Below, piece by piece: positions 42,128 through 55,699 of a stretch of DNA of 64,000 nucleotides. The translations under genes were made by a program, and so were the position numbers. The notes below the pieces were generated by a model. That model was not told the DNA's origin. It did no database searches and worked only from the letters and a program-made list of their open reading frames with translations. Origin of the DNA: the human T2T-CHM13v2.0 reference genome, Homo sapiens; assembly GCF_009914755.1 (NCBI RefSeq), contig NC_060929.1; one strand, written 5' to 3'. How positions within the stretch are numbered: the first letter of the stretch is position 1; every line of letters starts with the position of its first letter.

Positions 42128-43659
42128 GGGAGATAATGTTAGAAAGTGATGCTTGTGTCTTTAAATGATAGGGTCTTGTTTCTATGAAGGTGTTGTAAAG
42201 AGCCCTATATTACACATTGTTGGTGAGGTCTTTATTGTTAAAATCATTTGGGGGAATCAAAAAGTGTCCATATTGATTAAAGTTAAATTATGAACACTCT
42301 TTGAATAAATGGTTATTTTTATGACATCATCACACTAAAAAATTAATCATAAATAGGAATATATAAGACTTTAGAGTAGTATTATAATAGCATAAATTTG
42401 AAAACATTGTAAATATCCATCAGTTTCTCCTGAATCCAAGTCCTACTTTGATTTCCACCACAACCACTGCAGTTAGCCTCTGTGTTCTCTCTTCTTGAAC
42501 TACTATTGTGTCTCCGTACTCCCTCTCCCGCCCTTTACACCCCCATCACCCTTACCTACCTATTTTCCATACTACAGCAAACATGATCATGTCTAAATAC
42601 TAACTGAGCATGTCATATTCCCACTTCACATGATCGAAAAGATTCCCATCGGTAAAGATCAAAATTCTTGATAAGGGCCCTGCCTTTGAAATCTCATCTT
42701 AGGCCACACTTCCCCTCACTTAGTCCCGCTTTCTGCTCCTGCCACATGGTAGTTTTCAATTACTTGAGCACTCCTGCTTCTTTGCATCCATTTGTGCATC
42801 TATTTTTTCCACTACAAAGAATGTTATTCATTTCCCATTCAGAGACATTCTCATCCTCATGAAAGCCTTTCCTGGCCTCCTACTGGTTCCAGTCTCCCTG
42901 TTATGATCACTCATAATGTCACTTACTGTTGTGGTAGGTGATACCAATATTTCTGGGTCTTTCTGAACATATGGAAGATTTTTACAAATCTCTGGGCCCT
43001 TGATGTTGGTCATGCTCGTGTCAGTTTCTGTGGCCAATAAAATGTGTTCAAAATGACAGACAAAAGCATTTAAGAACCAGAATACAATGTCCCATGCTGT
43101 CTTCTGCTGTGGTGAACTCTGAATCACTAGGGGATGGCAGTTTAATTTGTCAGAATTCACCTATAAAAATGTTTATACTATATTATAAAATAATTTTCAA
43201 AGAATAGTCCCATTTTTATTTTTAAAATTTCTCTGTATTCAAGTAAGCATTTAAACTTAGGAAAATATATGGAAGAAAAAACTCCACATTATTTTATATT
43301 CTTTACTATGTGTAGGGAGGGAAGTCGTATGAAAGAAGAAAAGAGGGAGTGATACTGTTTTTTTGTGTAACTTTATGTGATTTAAGTGGTCAAAATGAGT
43401 ATGTATATTATTTTTCCATTAAAATATTATTAGAAAATGTTGAGGTCTTTGTTTTCCAGTCTGATGTATGAAAGCCAGATTTAATAATAAATCAAGGATC
43501 AAGGCTAAAAATCCCAGGAAAGTACAGATGGAGCCATAACAATCCAGGTAAGACAAATAGAACCATCTACTAATTCAAACATGAGGGGCAGTCTTTGACC
43601 AAAAACTGATAGGCCAGACCCCTGAAATAAGTCAACATATTGGGGGAAATCAAAAACTA

Positions 43660-43935
43660 TTCCTCTACAATTTTTTATTTTTCGAGGAACCGCCATACTG
43701 TTTTCAATGATGTCTGTACTAATTTAGATTCTCACCAACACTATACAAGGTTTCCCTTTGCTCCATATCCTTGCCAAAACTTATCTTTTGTCTTTTTGAT
43801 AATAGCCATCCCAACAGGTGTGAGGCAATGTATCATTGTGGTTTTAATTTTATTTTCCTGGTGATTAATTAAGTTGAGCATTTCTTCATATAACTTTTGG
43901 CCATTTGTATGTCTTCTTTTGAGAAATGTCTTCTT
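43660..43935 (-). mobile_element. Old L1 (L1M) ORF2 3' fragment
   Basis: gaggaaccgccatactgttttc...ttggccatttgtatgtcttcttttgagaaatgtct. Confidence 0.8.
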
Positions 43936-43987
43936 AATTTACAGTTTTATATAAGCCTTGACTACAAAATGTCTAAATTTGAACTTG

Positions 43988-44865
43988 TCATTCATTCAAC
44001 AAATAGTTGCTGTGTGTACTTTGTCTCATCTGCTGCAAATACAAATATAAATAAACATATTCCTTTCCCCCAAAGAATTCAGTCCAGCTTTTAAGGTAGG
44101 TTATTCTAGTAGGTGATATAAAAAGGAATGACATGAAACAACATGATGTGAAAAGTGCAATACTAAAATATGTGTTAAATTTTTGACAAAGTAGAATGAC
44201 TAATGCTACTTTAAATAATCAAGAAATATTTCAAAGAAAAGAAAATCTTTGAGGTGAGCTTTGATGTATGGGTGGAAGTTATCAGACTACAAGGGATGGA
44301 AAGATACTCTAGGCTGAAGGAACATCTGAGAAGCAAAGAAACAGAGTGCAATTTGAGTGGTCGTGGTTCAGGCTAGAGAGCGGGCTGTTGTGTGATATAC
44401 TATGGAGGTTATATTTTAATATAGAAAATGTTAAACATACTTGGAGGAGGGTAAGACTAGAGGCAAGCAGAACACAAGAGAATGTAATAATCCAGAATAA
44501 AGAAGATGAGAACTTGCTATTCATTTGAATAGCTGTGAAAAGGGAGAAGACAGAGGGAGAATAAAGAGACATTAAGCAAAAGAATGAAAATGACATGGGT
44601 GACTGCATACAAAGGAAGTTAAAGCACATTGAAGAATCTAAGGTGATTTCTAGGTTTCTGATTTGAACAGATAGTGTTGCTCTAACAAGAATAAGATATG
44701 TAGAAAGGTTTCCAAGAGACTCCAAAAAAAAAAAACCCGTTAAATACATGAGTTGAGAGACCACGAATGATGATACAGATTTGGGAGTTGTGGCAACAGA
44801 GAACATTGATGAGATTGTTCAAGGTGACACCTCTAAAATGATAAGAAGATAAAATTGAATCCTGG
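43988..44865 (-). mobile_element. L2 fragment (continues briefly after the THE1 LTR)
   Basis: cattcattcaacaaata 3' terminus in reverse, followed by purine-rich L2 body. Confidence 0.6.
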
Positions 44866-45235
44866 TGATATGGTTTGGTTGTGTCCTCATCTAAATCTCA
44901 TCTTGAATTGTAGCTTCTATAATCCCTACATGTCATGGGAGGAACCCAGTGGGAGGTAACTGAATCACAGGGGCATTTACCTCCATGCTGTTCTCCTGAT
45001 AGTGATTGCATTCTCACAAGATCTGATGGTTTTATAAGGGCCTTTTCCCCTCCTTCACTCTGCACTTCTCCTTGCTGCCACCATGTAAACATGTTTGCTT
45101 CCCCTTCTACCATTACTATAAGTTTCCTAAGGCCTCCCAGCCCTGTGGAACTGTGAGTCAATTAAACCTCTTTCCTTTATAAATTACTCAGTCTTGGATA
45201 TGTCTTTATTAGCAGTGTGAGAATGGACTAATACA
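44866..45235 (+). mobile_element. Solo THE1 LTR (THE1C-like)
   Basis: tgatatggtttgg...ggactaataca. TSD CCTGG/CCCGG. Confidence 0.9.
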
Positions 45236-46516
45236 CCCGGTGAACAACATTTAAAGGGTAGGATGATGGGACAAGCAAAGGGATCTGGGAAGGAATGTTC
45301 TAGTCTTGTAGCTTGTTTGATTACTTTTTTTTTTTTTTTTACATCATGTGAACCTCCCACCCATCAACTCTTTAACATTCTTCCTAATCATTCTCCTCTT
45401 TCTAGCATTTATACCTCTCTTCCCTCTCAACTTAAATTCCATGAACTATATTTTCAATCTGTTTTTCCTTTCTGTCAATAACAAGGAAAATTAGGTGTAG
45501 AATCAATGGAAACTTTGTATTGTCTTCCCAAATTTTCTAAATTATTCTTAAAAAAAGTCTAGTTATAAAAACTAAAATAAAAATATTTTAAAATGAGAAT
45601 AATTATATTTGCTTCCAAATGTATTATAGTACCAAAGGCCATTTGGCAAAAGTCCAGCATCCTTAATATAATCCTTAAGGCTCACCATGATGTGGTCTCC
45701 TTTACCTCTCTGGCCTTATCTATGCCATCCTTTCTCTCTCGGCTTTAACTACTGGCTGTTTGAAGAAGAAAACATATTCTTTAGAAGTAAAAGAAAAGGA
45801 TTAAAAAGTGAAAATTCATGTACATATAGTATTGTCAGTTAAAAATACATCTACTATCAAGCCTTAAAAATGAAGGATATGATTGGATATACAAAGTACT
45901 TGAAAGATGTGTTGTCCCAGTCAGCAAGATAAGGAGATAATATAAAGCTGGTTGACAAACCTGAGAGAAAAAGCAGAAAGATCTAATTGCACTTACGGTC
46001 TGGTGACTAGAAGCATCCAGAAGCCAAGGGCAGATTTTGAATTTAGTCAAGTACAGTATGTATGAGGAAAGATTAAACAATTTAAAAATGATTTAAACTG
46101 AAAAGGCACTACTTCATGCTCTCCATGGTTACAGAGCTCATAATCATAATAAAAATAATATGAATGAAAGAATAAATAAAATATTAAACAGAGGCAAAGC
46201 AACATATTGCCTATCTAACTTTATCTAGGAGGAAGACTAGGGAAGGACTTTGCAATTAGTTTGCATAATAGAGAAAGTATGGCAAGTAGAATTGTAAGTA
46301 AAAAGGATTGTACAGAAGCTGTGGGCACAAGAAAGTAAGTTCTAAATACTGCAGAGCTATGTCTACCACTGATTCCATAATTTGGTATAAATGCAATTAA
46401 TTTTTTAAAAATCTGTACTATTTCACCTGTTCTTTCTGGTTGTCATTGCCGCAAGGGATGGAACTCCAACACTGGACAAAAATTGAGAATATTTTCTAAT
46501 ATGGTGACTTCTGTGA

Positions 46517-46631
46517 ATTATTTGCATTACTGTCAATTATGGTAGCTGTCTGCCTTTTCTTCTTTGGTCATTGCTGCTAATAAGGAAAGTCAAGCACATC
46601 CACAGGAGTTAGGTGGGTACAGGGGAGTCTA
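46517..46631 (+). repeat. Donor of a 115-bp local inverted duplication
   Basis: Its reverse complement matches 47883-47997 gaplessly with 6 mismatches by hand count (about 95% identity). Confidence 0.95.
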
Positions 46632-47525
46632 TACTAGACTTGTCTTATTTTATAGAATGTGTCATGTTCTCTTCTGCCTTGGGGAATTATTTCATGCTAT
46701 CTTTTTCCTGGAATGATCTGATCCCTTTCATCTAAGTTCCACTCCTGCTTTACATCTCAACCTACACATTGTTTCCTCAGAGAAACCTTCTTTAAGCCCT
46801 CAGTCTTTCTTGTTTTATGATCTCATAAGACTCTGCTCCATTTCACTGTTCTCCAAAGGTTGAGTGATTTGTTAAATGCCTCCACTATTTCATGTGAGGG
46901 CACAGGGCATGTATGACTTATTCAGCTGGGAATCCTCAGTGTCTGACATAGAGTAGGTATTTAATAATAAGTGTTCAATAAAGAGTAGATGACTAAATCA
47001 CTCATTATCAAACCTGTCATTAACCTCTGTGTTTCATGATTCTTTCTTTGGAATAACTCCCAGATTCTCTTTGTCCTTTCCATTCCTGAAGCTATCACAC
47101 CATTCTAACCTGGATTATTATAAGCCTGTTCATTGGCTTGCTGAGACACAGTCTCTCCAAAAACTAACCTCCCACACATGCCTCCCATAATAAATACTGT
47201 TAATTAATATCTATAAATTAAGTACTTTGCAATTTTCAAAAGTCTTTCATTTTTACTTTGTCTTTGCACAACTCCATGAACCAGGTAGGAAGATGCCATT
47301 CTCCCCATATTAAATGAACTAATGGAGTTAACCAAAGTTACACAGTTAATTAAATAATAACCAGTCTGAGACTAAAACCCAAATATTCTGACTCCTAAAA
47401 TTTCTTTTTGCTGCTACTATTAATACATTACTTCTCCTTTCAAAAATCAAGAAAAGCTCCTAGCTGTCTATTGTATACAATACCAAGCCTTTATCATGCT
47501 ACCAGATACCTTACATACTGAGGTA

Positions 47526-48047
47526 CCTTAGTCTTCCCTTACCCATGAGAGGTACATTCCAAGACCTGGAATGTCTGAAACCAAGATCTGTGGATGCCTA
47601 AAACCAAGGAGAGTACCAAACTGAATATATATAGACTATGTTTTCTCAATCTGATAACCAAGATGGCTGCTAAGTGATTAATGGGCAGGGAACATAGACA
47701 ACTTGGATACACTGGACAAAGGGATGACTCACCTGGGCAAGACAAGATAGGACACAGCAGGGTGGTGCAAGATTTCATCATGCTGCTTAGATGTCACACA
47801 GTTTAAAACTTACAAATTGTTTATTTCTGAAACTGTTAATACATTTGGACCATCCTTCAAAGGAAATAGTATAGATCTATTGTAGACTCCCCTGTACCCA
47901 CCTAACTCCTGTGGGTGTGCTTGACTTTCCTTAGGAGCAGCAAGGACCAAAGAAGAAAAGGCAGACAGCTACCATAATTGACAGTAACCCAAATAATGTC
48001 AGTAACCGAAACTGTGGAAAAAAGCCATGGATAAGGGGAAACTACTA
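47526..48047. mobile_element. MER82-like Tigger MITE carrying a foreign insert
   Basis: gataaccaagatggctgctaagtga...ggatacactggacaaagggatga...gatttcatca...ggataaggggaaactac. Sequence 47853-48000 is not part of the element. Confidence 0.8.
47883..47997 (-). repeat. Inverted copy of 46517-46631 inside the MER82-like element
   Basis: tagactcccctgtacccacctaactcctgtgg...accataattgacagtaa..caaataat is the reverse complement of the donor. Confidence 0.95.
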
Positions 48048-50248
48048 TATACAGAGAAACCTCCTCAACATACAGTACAGTTATTTACATGACAATGGGC
48101 ACCCATTTCCATGGTACCTAGTGAAATACTTAACACATCATAGTTATGTTAAATAAATGTAGAGTTGCATGTAAGTGAATGTTTTCCCTCCTTCAGTTGG
48201 ATCACTTAATTTCTTTTCATTCCTTACCATTTGCTCATGGCGTGCTGCCTGCCTAGAACCTTCTCTCATTTCACTGTCTTTATCCCATCCAATGTCTAAA
48301 AGATACTGTAAACTCTACTTCTTCCATGAAACATTCCTAATGTCTTCAATTCCAATCATTTATTTCCCTAAATTTTCATTGTATTTAGATTCATAAAACC
48401 CAACAATTTTTTATTCTTCTATTTCTTCCTCCAAGTCATTTTGTATTCCCAGTCTGATGAAAGGTTTCTGGAGGGTAGATTACAGGTACTTTACTACACT
48501 AGATCAGAAACATGGTGCGGGTTGAATAAATACTAGCTGACTACCAATGTGGAGACAGAATAACTAATAGTGTATTCCTTAAAGAAAGGGTTAAGAAAGA
48601 CAAATATAAGTTCAAATTTCAGTTTCATCACTTATGCAAACTGACTTATATTAAGCAAGTTATTCAAGCACTCTATTCTTCATTTTTAAATCTGAAAATG
48701 TGCATAAGGATAATAATGTCTTCATAAGATTATTGTAATATCAAAGAGATATGCTTTCAAAGCCCTTAACACAATGTGTGAAACATACTGCAGTAAATAG
48801 GAACTGTTATTATCACCACCTAATTAGCTTTGAGGAGGAAGAAAAAATTATATATAATGTTTTCCAGAACAGTAATTTTATTGTACATTGGTGTTAATTC
48901 AGAAGACAAGAATAAAATATCACCAAGCATGTGTATTGTAATAGAGTGCTATACTACATTCATGAATCTATACTGTTTTGATGAGTTAGAAACAGATCTT
49001 AAAACATCTAAAAAACAAGTTTGTTTAGCAGGCACTTTTCCTTGGTATTTGAAATTTCTCCTGCCTGTTTTCCACTTTGCTGCCTAAAAGGAAACTAAAG
49101 ATTAATTGTGTATCCCAGATGAAAACTCAGTTATAACACGTAAAGATAATTTTCCAACTATCTGACCCTTAACCAAGATACTTAACCTTTCTGGATTTCA
49201 ATTTCCTTGTTTATAAATGGCCCATTGTGAGGATTAACTAAGATAACATTTGAAAGAAAGTCATCATCATGTCTGGTCCATAAAAAGCGTTAGATAGATG
49301 GTAGTTACCTCCACTATTATCATCAAGTCTTGTAGGTTAAGGCACTTTTATGTACTATAGGAAGAGAAAAAGATGGATAAGCTGTGATTCCTGCCACTTA
49401 GAACTCTCTTCTACCTCCAATAGCTATGCCAGCACATGCATATATTAGGCCTTCAGATATGGTCTGGGTAATTGATACTGTGCTGACACACATGATTAAA
49501 AGGTTTTATTCTTCTTTGTCCTCATTTTTTATAATAAATATACCACAACCTGTCAATTTCTCTATGAATTTGATGGAGTTTGAGTATTTTAAGTACCTGA
49601 AAATTGTCATTGGAGATTGAAAAAGAGAATGAGGGTACAGGATGAAGGCAAATGTCAAATTTCCTCCTCGTACATCTAAAATAAGGAGAACTATGAATTG
49701 ATAAGGGAATTCACAGGGGGACATAGTTGAAGTTAGGAATTGAGAGGAAAAAAAACTTTTTCTGGGTTTAATTTATAATGTCTACCTGCTACTTTCTCTA
49801 TGACCCCAGCCTTCCATGAATACTCAGCAAAGTCTATATGCAGTAGTAAAGATAATTTCTCCATTATCGAGTGATCAAATAACAACTCTTACAATATTAA
49901 TTTCTCCATAGACTTATTTTAGAAAACTCAGATGTCATAAACACCATCCTAATTTATAATAACATGCAGAAGTTGCAATCTTGCACTGACCACTATATGT
50001 TAGCCTCCCAAGGTTGATATGGTCCTCAATATACATACTCTTCCCTTGAGTTCATTTTTTCCACCCAGATAAACAAAAAGGGCAGTCTTCTTCTAACTTC
50101 CTCATACATTCTTTGTATTTAATAACAGGCTGGCTATCTCATCTGCTATTGAGAAAATCATAGGAGATCTTTGCCAATTTGCAGGAATTTCCATTAGCTT
50201 GTACAAACACCCACATACAGGTATATATATACAGTGTGCATATACATA

Positions 50249-51150
50249 TAGAGTCCATCTTTTTTATTTGCTGATTCCACATTTGTGGAATTCACCTACT
50301 CGCTCAAATTTGTTTGCAAATCCAAAATCATTATCTATGGCACTTTCAGTCATTTGTAGACATATGCATTCACAGAATGGTAAAAAATTTGAGTTCCCTG
50401 GGGCAAACATTCCCAGTGAAGTAGAGGAAAGTGATGCTTGCCTTCTAGTTTCAGCTCTCATACTGGAAAAAAATAATGTCCTTTTTATGGTATATTTAAT
50501 AACACATTCTTCACATTTTTATGTTTTTGTTGTTGTTGTTGTTGTTTATTGGTGATTTCACTGTTTAACGGCCCCAAACATAGTGCTAAAGTACTGTTTA
50601 GTGTTCCCAAGCACAACAAGGATGTGATATACTGCTATGGTTCGGATATAGCTTGTCTCCCCCAAAGCTCATTTTGAAATTTGATCCCCAGTGTAGTGGT
50701 ATTAGAATGTGGGGCCTATTGGAAAATGTTCTGGCTATGGAGGCAGAACCCTCAGGAACAGCTTGGTGCTGTTCTTGTGGTAGTGAGTTCTCACCCTCAC
50801 ATGAGTCAATTAGCACTTGAAGGAATAAATTAGTTCCTGAGACAGTGGGTTGTTATAAAGCCAGGATGCTACTTAAGTTTGCTTCTCTTCACATGTGTCC
50901 ACTTCCTCTTTGACCTTCTACACTGTGTATGATGCAGCACAAAAGTCCTTGCCAGGAGCCAGGGCCATGCCCTTGAACTTCTCAGCCTACAGAACCATGA
51001 GCTAAATAAACCCCTTTTCTTTATAAATTACTCAGTCTCAGGTACTCTTTCATAGCAAAACAAAATTGTCTAAGATATGTACCTTATGAAGAAAATATGT
51101 GTTCTAAATAAGCTTCATTCAGGTAAAAGTTCTAGTAGTTGGCTGTTAGT
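50249..51150. mobile_element. TcMar-Tigger family element (subfamily uncertain), split by an MST LTR
   Basis: gaattcacctactcgct...ggccccaaacatagtgctaaagtactg, resuming after the LTR with ccttatgaagaaaata...taagcttcattcagg. Confidence 0.7.
50633..51077 (+). mobile_element. Solo old MST LTR (MSTB/MSTC-like)
   Basis: tgctatggtt...ccagggccatgcccttgaacttctcagcc...ctaagata. TSD TATAC/TGTAC. Confidence 0.82.
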
Positions 51151-51226
51151 TTAATTTTTTTATTTTGAGATAAGGTCTCACTCTGTCACTCAGGCTGGAG
51201 TGCAGTGGCACAATCATGGCTGACTC
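51150..51226 (-). mobile_element. Alu 3' fragment
   Basis: T-tract then gagataaggtctcactctgtcactcaggctggagtgcagtggcacaatcatggct, ending abruptly. Confidence 0.85.
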
Positions 51227-52994
51227 AAAAGACCCAGCCAGAAGGTACATACTAAAGGTACATACTAAAGCCAGCATCTTTGTTGTGTTCCTGATGTATG
51301 TACAGAACATCCAGAATGATACATGGCACAGAGTCTCCACAAATGTTTGTTGAATGCTTAATGATCATTCCAATAGTGATTTACAAATGATCGTCCTGAA
51401 ATCCATGATTTACTGTTTTGCTTCTTATTTCTAGTCAGTGATAGAGCAACAGTCCTTTGTGGATCATGAGCATATCAGCAATTGGTAGATCTGAGAGTAT
51501 TCAGTGATTTGGGGGTTTTATATATATATTCCCAAATCCAAGGACTAATCATCATGTCAACCTTTCTAGCCACTAACGGCAAGACTTTGATTCTACATTT
51601 CCTAGGAGCCAAAGTGAAAAGGAGTCATGCCAGTCCCCCAGCTAGTTTTTGTTATTGTTATTGTTTTTATTCCAACAAGGATGAAACACTGCAATGTTTC
51701 TGGAGCAGCAAAACTTTCCAGCCCTTAACTCTAAAAAGAAATTTCTCACTCAGCATGCTTCAGATGGGGCATAATACTATATAGACATTGTCCTCAATAA
51801 CATTTCTGTAGCAAGTATAGTAGTTCATTTCATGGAGTTCTTTCTTTTACTACCCTCAGTTAAAATCCAGATGTGACAATATAAAAATGCATCTCAATAA
51901 AATAAATCTTGCAGTGGGTGAAAAATAATACAGTCCAAGCATCTATAGCCTTCTTCTCATCAGAACCAATCCTCTGCCAGAACTTGGTCAGGCCAGAGAA
52001 ATGGGTAGAATTCTTGGTGTTACAAACAAACTGCCTCTCCAATTGTTGGCTTTCGAAGCCCTCAATGCTTAAAAATTTTATGCCAATGATTAATTCAGCA
52101 TCATTTTCCTACCTAATTGATTGATTAATTGGTTCTAGGTTTACCAGTTTGCTTCTCTGACTCCCAGATTGCTCTACTAAGAATCAAGACTATGACCATA
52201 CCAGCGCTGGCCACGTGGAATTCTACTGCCCATACTACTTGAGCCACTGCCTGCACTGTCCTCCTTCCCAGGTAGGAGACATGTGAGCACAGGTCTCTAA
52301 AAATTATCTTTTCACAACCATACATCTTTATAAAAGTTGGAATTATAGAAAATTGAAGGCTGAAACATCTGTTGACAACCTGGAAAGCAGTTACTTTGAG
52401 TTGAAGGTAAATCTATAATATTTGACAATAATATAGTAATAGAATTGATGTTCTTGGATATAACTGTATACGCCAAAACAAAAATTCATCTGATTTGATT
52501 TTAGTTGCACTAAAGAATCTTGCCATTGCAGGAATTTCTTTTTTAATACAAATAAAATAAATGTATTTGTTTAATATAAAGCAAACAATTATTTTTCAAC
52601 CAGAAAATCATTTCCATATGTGTTTGTTTTGCAGATTTTCTTAAGCAGGAAATACCCATACAGTAATTTATAAACATAGTTTAAAATAACTATTTTATGC
52701 TTTAATTAAAAAAAGAATAAGGCAAATTTGTACATGATTAAATCATTGAATACTCAGCCACTACCTCTAAGTCAACAGGCTCTTCTGGGAAGAAAAATTG
52801 CCAGCTCAATTGGAAGTAAAAACTATATTCACACTTCAGAAATGCATCACAATCAGCACAGGTCTATTGTCACACAGCACACGGTCCTAAGTAGCAATTA
52901 ACCTTAACCCAAGCAAACATCAGCATTTTACACAGAAGGTACTTACTGTTTTGCCCTGCTCAGATAAGGTCAACAAGCTGAGAGAGTCTTGTGT

Positions 52995-53195
52995 AGCACT
53001 GTCCAATAGAGTTTTTCTGACGGAAATATTCTGTATTTGCTTGGTCTAATATAGCAACAACCAGCCATTTGTGGCTACTGAGCTCTTGAAGTGTGGTCAG
53101 TGTGAATGAGAGACTAACTTTTAAATCTTAATTTAACAAATACATTAAATTTAAGTAGCCACATATGGCTGGTGGCTACCATACTGTCAGCACAG
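52995..53195. mobile_element. MER3-like hAT MITE
   Basis: gcactgtccaatagag...tagccacatatggctggtggctacc. Confidence 0.78.
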
Positions 53196-54123
53196 GTCTA
53201 ATGGGTAGAAACTTAGCCAAACTAGCCCAAGTATTAAACCATTACCTCTTGCTATCTCCATGCAATCTATCTTTTTCACCATCATGTTACAGTAGCTATC
53301 CTCTGTTTCAGATAGCATCTAAATAGTAAAAATCAACAAACCAATGTATTTGGTTTATGGTGTTTCATCTATCTTCTATGCAGGTAGAACAAAGACAAAA
53401 GCTTTATAAATCTATTAAATATGTTCTACTGGTAAAAGATATGGGTTAAACTGCCACTTTCAGAAGTTATTATAGATGACATTAAATTCTCATCCTATCT
53501 ACCCAGCATTTGAATAATGAGAAAGCTCTTTATGGCCTTTACAGTGGTTCCCCTTCCAGCAGCTTAGATACATTCATTAAAGGGCACCAACAAGAAAAAA
53601 AGCTTGTTAAAAAAGATTATTAATTTTCAGGCTCATTATTCCAACAGTAATTTTTCTCTGTTATGTTTCAATGAAATATGTAGACACGTCTAGAAGTGAG
53701 GAAGAACAAAAGCTAAGAGGAAAAAAATGTGGCAGCCACAGCAGTCATGCGTCAGGATCACAACAGAGCCAAGAGCCTCTTGCAGGCTGATGACAGATCA
53801 CACATCAAGTAAGGTTGAAAGGCTGAATAATGATACGTAAAAGGTAGGATGCGTGGTGAGAAATTGTGTTTCCAAAAGCAGGGCAATAGGACTAGAATAC
53901 CCACTAAATGTTCCTCACCTTAGAGCTTAGGAATGTCAGCCACATGACAAACACATTGTGTAAGGATTTTTAAAAAATGGGTTCAAAATATTTCGGGACA
54001 AAAATCTTTCTAAAATAAACCTTCCAAGATTAAAAAAAAAAAACAGTTAGCTGTTACACTTAACTCCCAAGACAGCTTTTAAATCCATAAATTTCCCATT
54101 CTTTGTTAATGACCACGCTATAG

Positions 54124-54312
54124 GTTGGTGTTTCTCAAAGTGTGAATATGGACTAAAGGTATCAGAATTATTTGGGAGACTTGATAAAAATACAGTCCTG
54201 AGACCTGTCCTAGTTGTACCAGATCAGAGTCTCTAGGGATGAGGACCAGAAACATATGTATTCACAAGATCTCCAGGTGATACCTGTGCAAACAAAAATT
54301 TGATAAATTCTG
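54124..54312. mobile_element. MER5A-like hAT MITE
   Basis: gtgtttctcaaagtgtg...atcagaatta...tcagagtctctaggg...ctccaggtgat. Confidence 0.7.
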
Positions 54313-54913
54313 TGAGAGATGACAAGGAAACCTGGAATCTCACAAAGCCCTCACCTATATAGTGGAAGACAAAAGAAAAAGGATTTTAAATGTATCCAAT
54401 AGGTAGACACCAAAATTCCCAATGTCACCACATAGGCTGAAAAATAACCTATATTCAATATCTTAAAGTAATTATGAATAACCTTATACTTTCAATAAAA
54501 TCAGGGTACAAATCATTAATAGGGTGTCTGACCCTAAATGCTCTGAATAACTGCTTAAGCATCCATTTTCCTACTTGAACTTGTCTTTTTGTGAGGTAGC
54601 CTTCAATGCTCCTTAAATAATACAATTAGGAGGTCTCATTACTGACTCATATGATTTGATTCTGTGTCTGTATTGGTTGGAACTCACATCAACACTCTAT
54701 AAAGAAGGGTTATACTATTTAGGTAGGAATTACAGGCTGGACAGCCCACTCCTGCTCCAATCCAACTCACTCCAGAATTAGCTGTTTACTCTTCTGGGAA
54801 AGTTTCATTTAATAATGAGTCCATTGATTAAAATAAATTGTGAAAACCACTGAACTAGAAGTTGCCCAAAATGGTTTTTAATTCTAAAATCCAATCATTT
54901 GCCTGAAGGTGAT

Positions 54914-55325
54914 TTTGTTAGTCCATTTTAATTGCTATAAAAGAATATCTGAGACGGGATAATTTATTTTAAAAAAGAAGTATATTTGGCTCACGGTCTG
55001 CAGTCTATGTAAGAAGCATGGTATCAGCCTCTGCTCAGCTTCTGTTGAGGCCTCAAGAAGTTTTTATTCCTAGCAGAGGGGAAGGGGATCCAGGGTGTCA
55101 CATAGCAAGAGATGCAGCAAGGAAGGAGGAGATGCCGCACTTTTGAATAACCAGCTCTTACATGAATTAGTAGAGCAAGAACTCACTCATTACTGCAAGG
55201 ACAGCACCAAGCCAAAGAGGGATCTGCCCTCATTGCCCAGACACCTCCGATCAGGCCCAACCTTCAGCACTGGGGATCAAATTTTAACATGACATTTGGA
55301 GGAGACAAATATACGAATTATATCA
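54914..55325 (-). mobile_element. Solo MSTB-like LTR
   Basis: ttagtccatt...ggctcacggtctgcag...atttggaggagacaaata...tatatca. Confidence 0.82.
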
Positions 55326-55387
55326 ATAGTGGTAATTTCTCATTAACAAAATATCAAGTGCATTATGGCATTGAAAAATAAACACAA

Positions 55388-55680
55388 GACCGGGTGCGGT
55401 GGCTTACGCCTATAATCTCAGCACTTTAGGAGGCCAAGGCAGGTGGATCATCTGAGGTCAGGAGCTTGAGATCAGCCTGGCCAACATGGTAAAACCCCAT
55501 CTCTACTAAAAACACAAAAAATTAGCCAGACATGGTGGCAGGCACCTGTAATCCCAGCTACTCAGGAGGCTGAGGCAGGAGAATCGCTTGAACCTGGGGA
55601 GGCAGAGGTTGCAGTGAGTCGAGATCGCACCATTGCAGTCCAATCTGGGCAACAAGAGCAAAACTCTGTCTCAAATAAAT
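55388..55680 (+). mobile_element. Alu (AluSq/Sx-like)
   Basis: Full dimer with 'ggcaacaagagcaaaactc'. TSD AAATAAACACAA at 55376-55387 and 55681-55692. Confidence 0.95.
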
Positions 55681-55699
55681 AAATAAACACAATATAAAA

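Noticed and set aside
44309-44806. Longest ORF (165 aa, hydrophobic) as a membrane protein
   Set aside because: It lies in an L2 remnant. The F/S/L bias reflects the T/C-rich strand, and there is no recognisable domain.
51860-52124. Overlapping short ORFs in unique sequence as a coding exon
   Set aside because: No recognisable homology and no convincing flanking splice-site pair.
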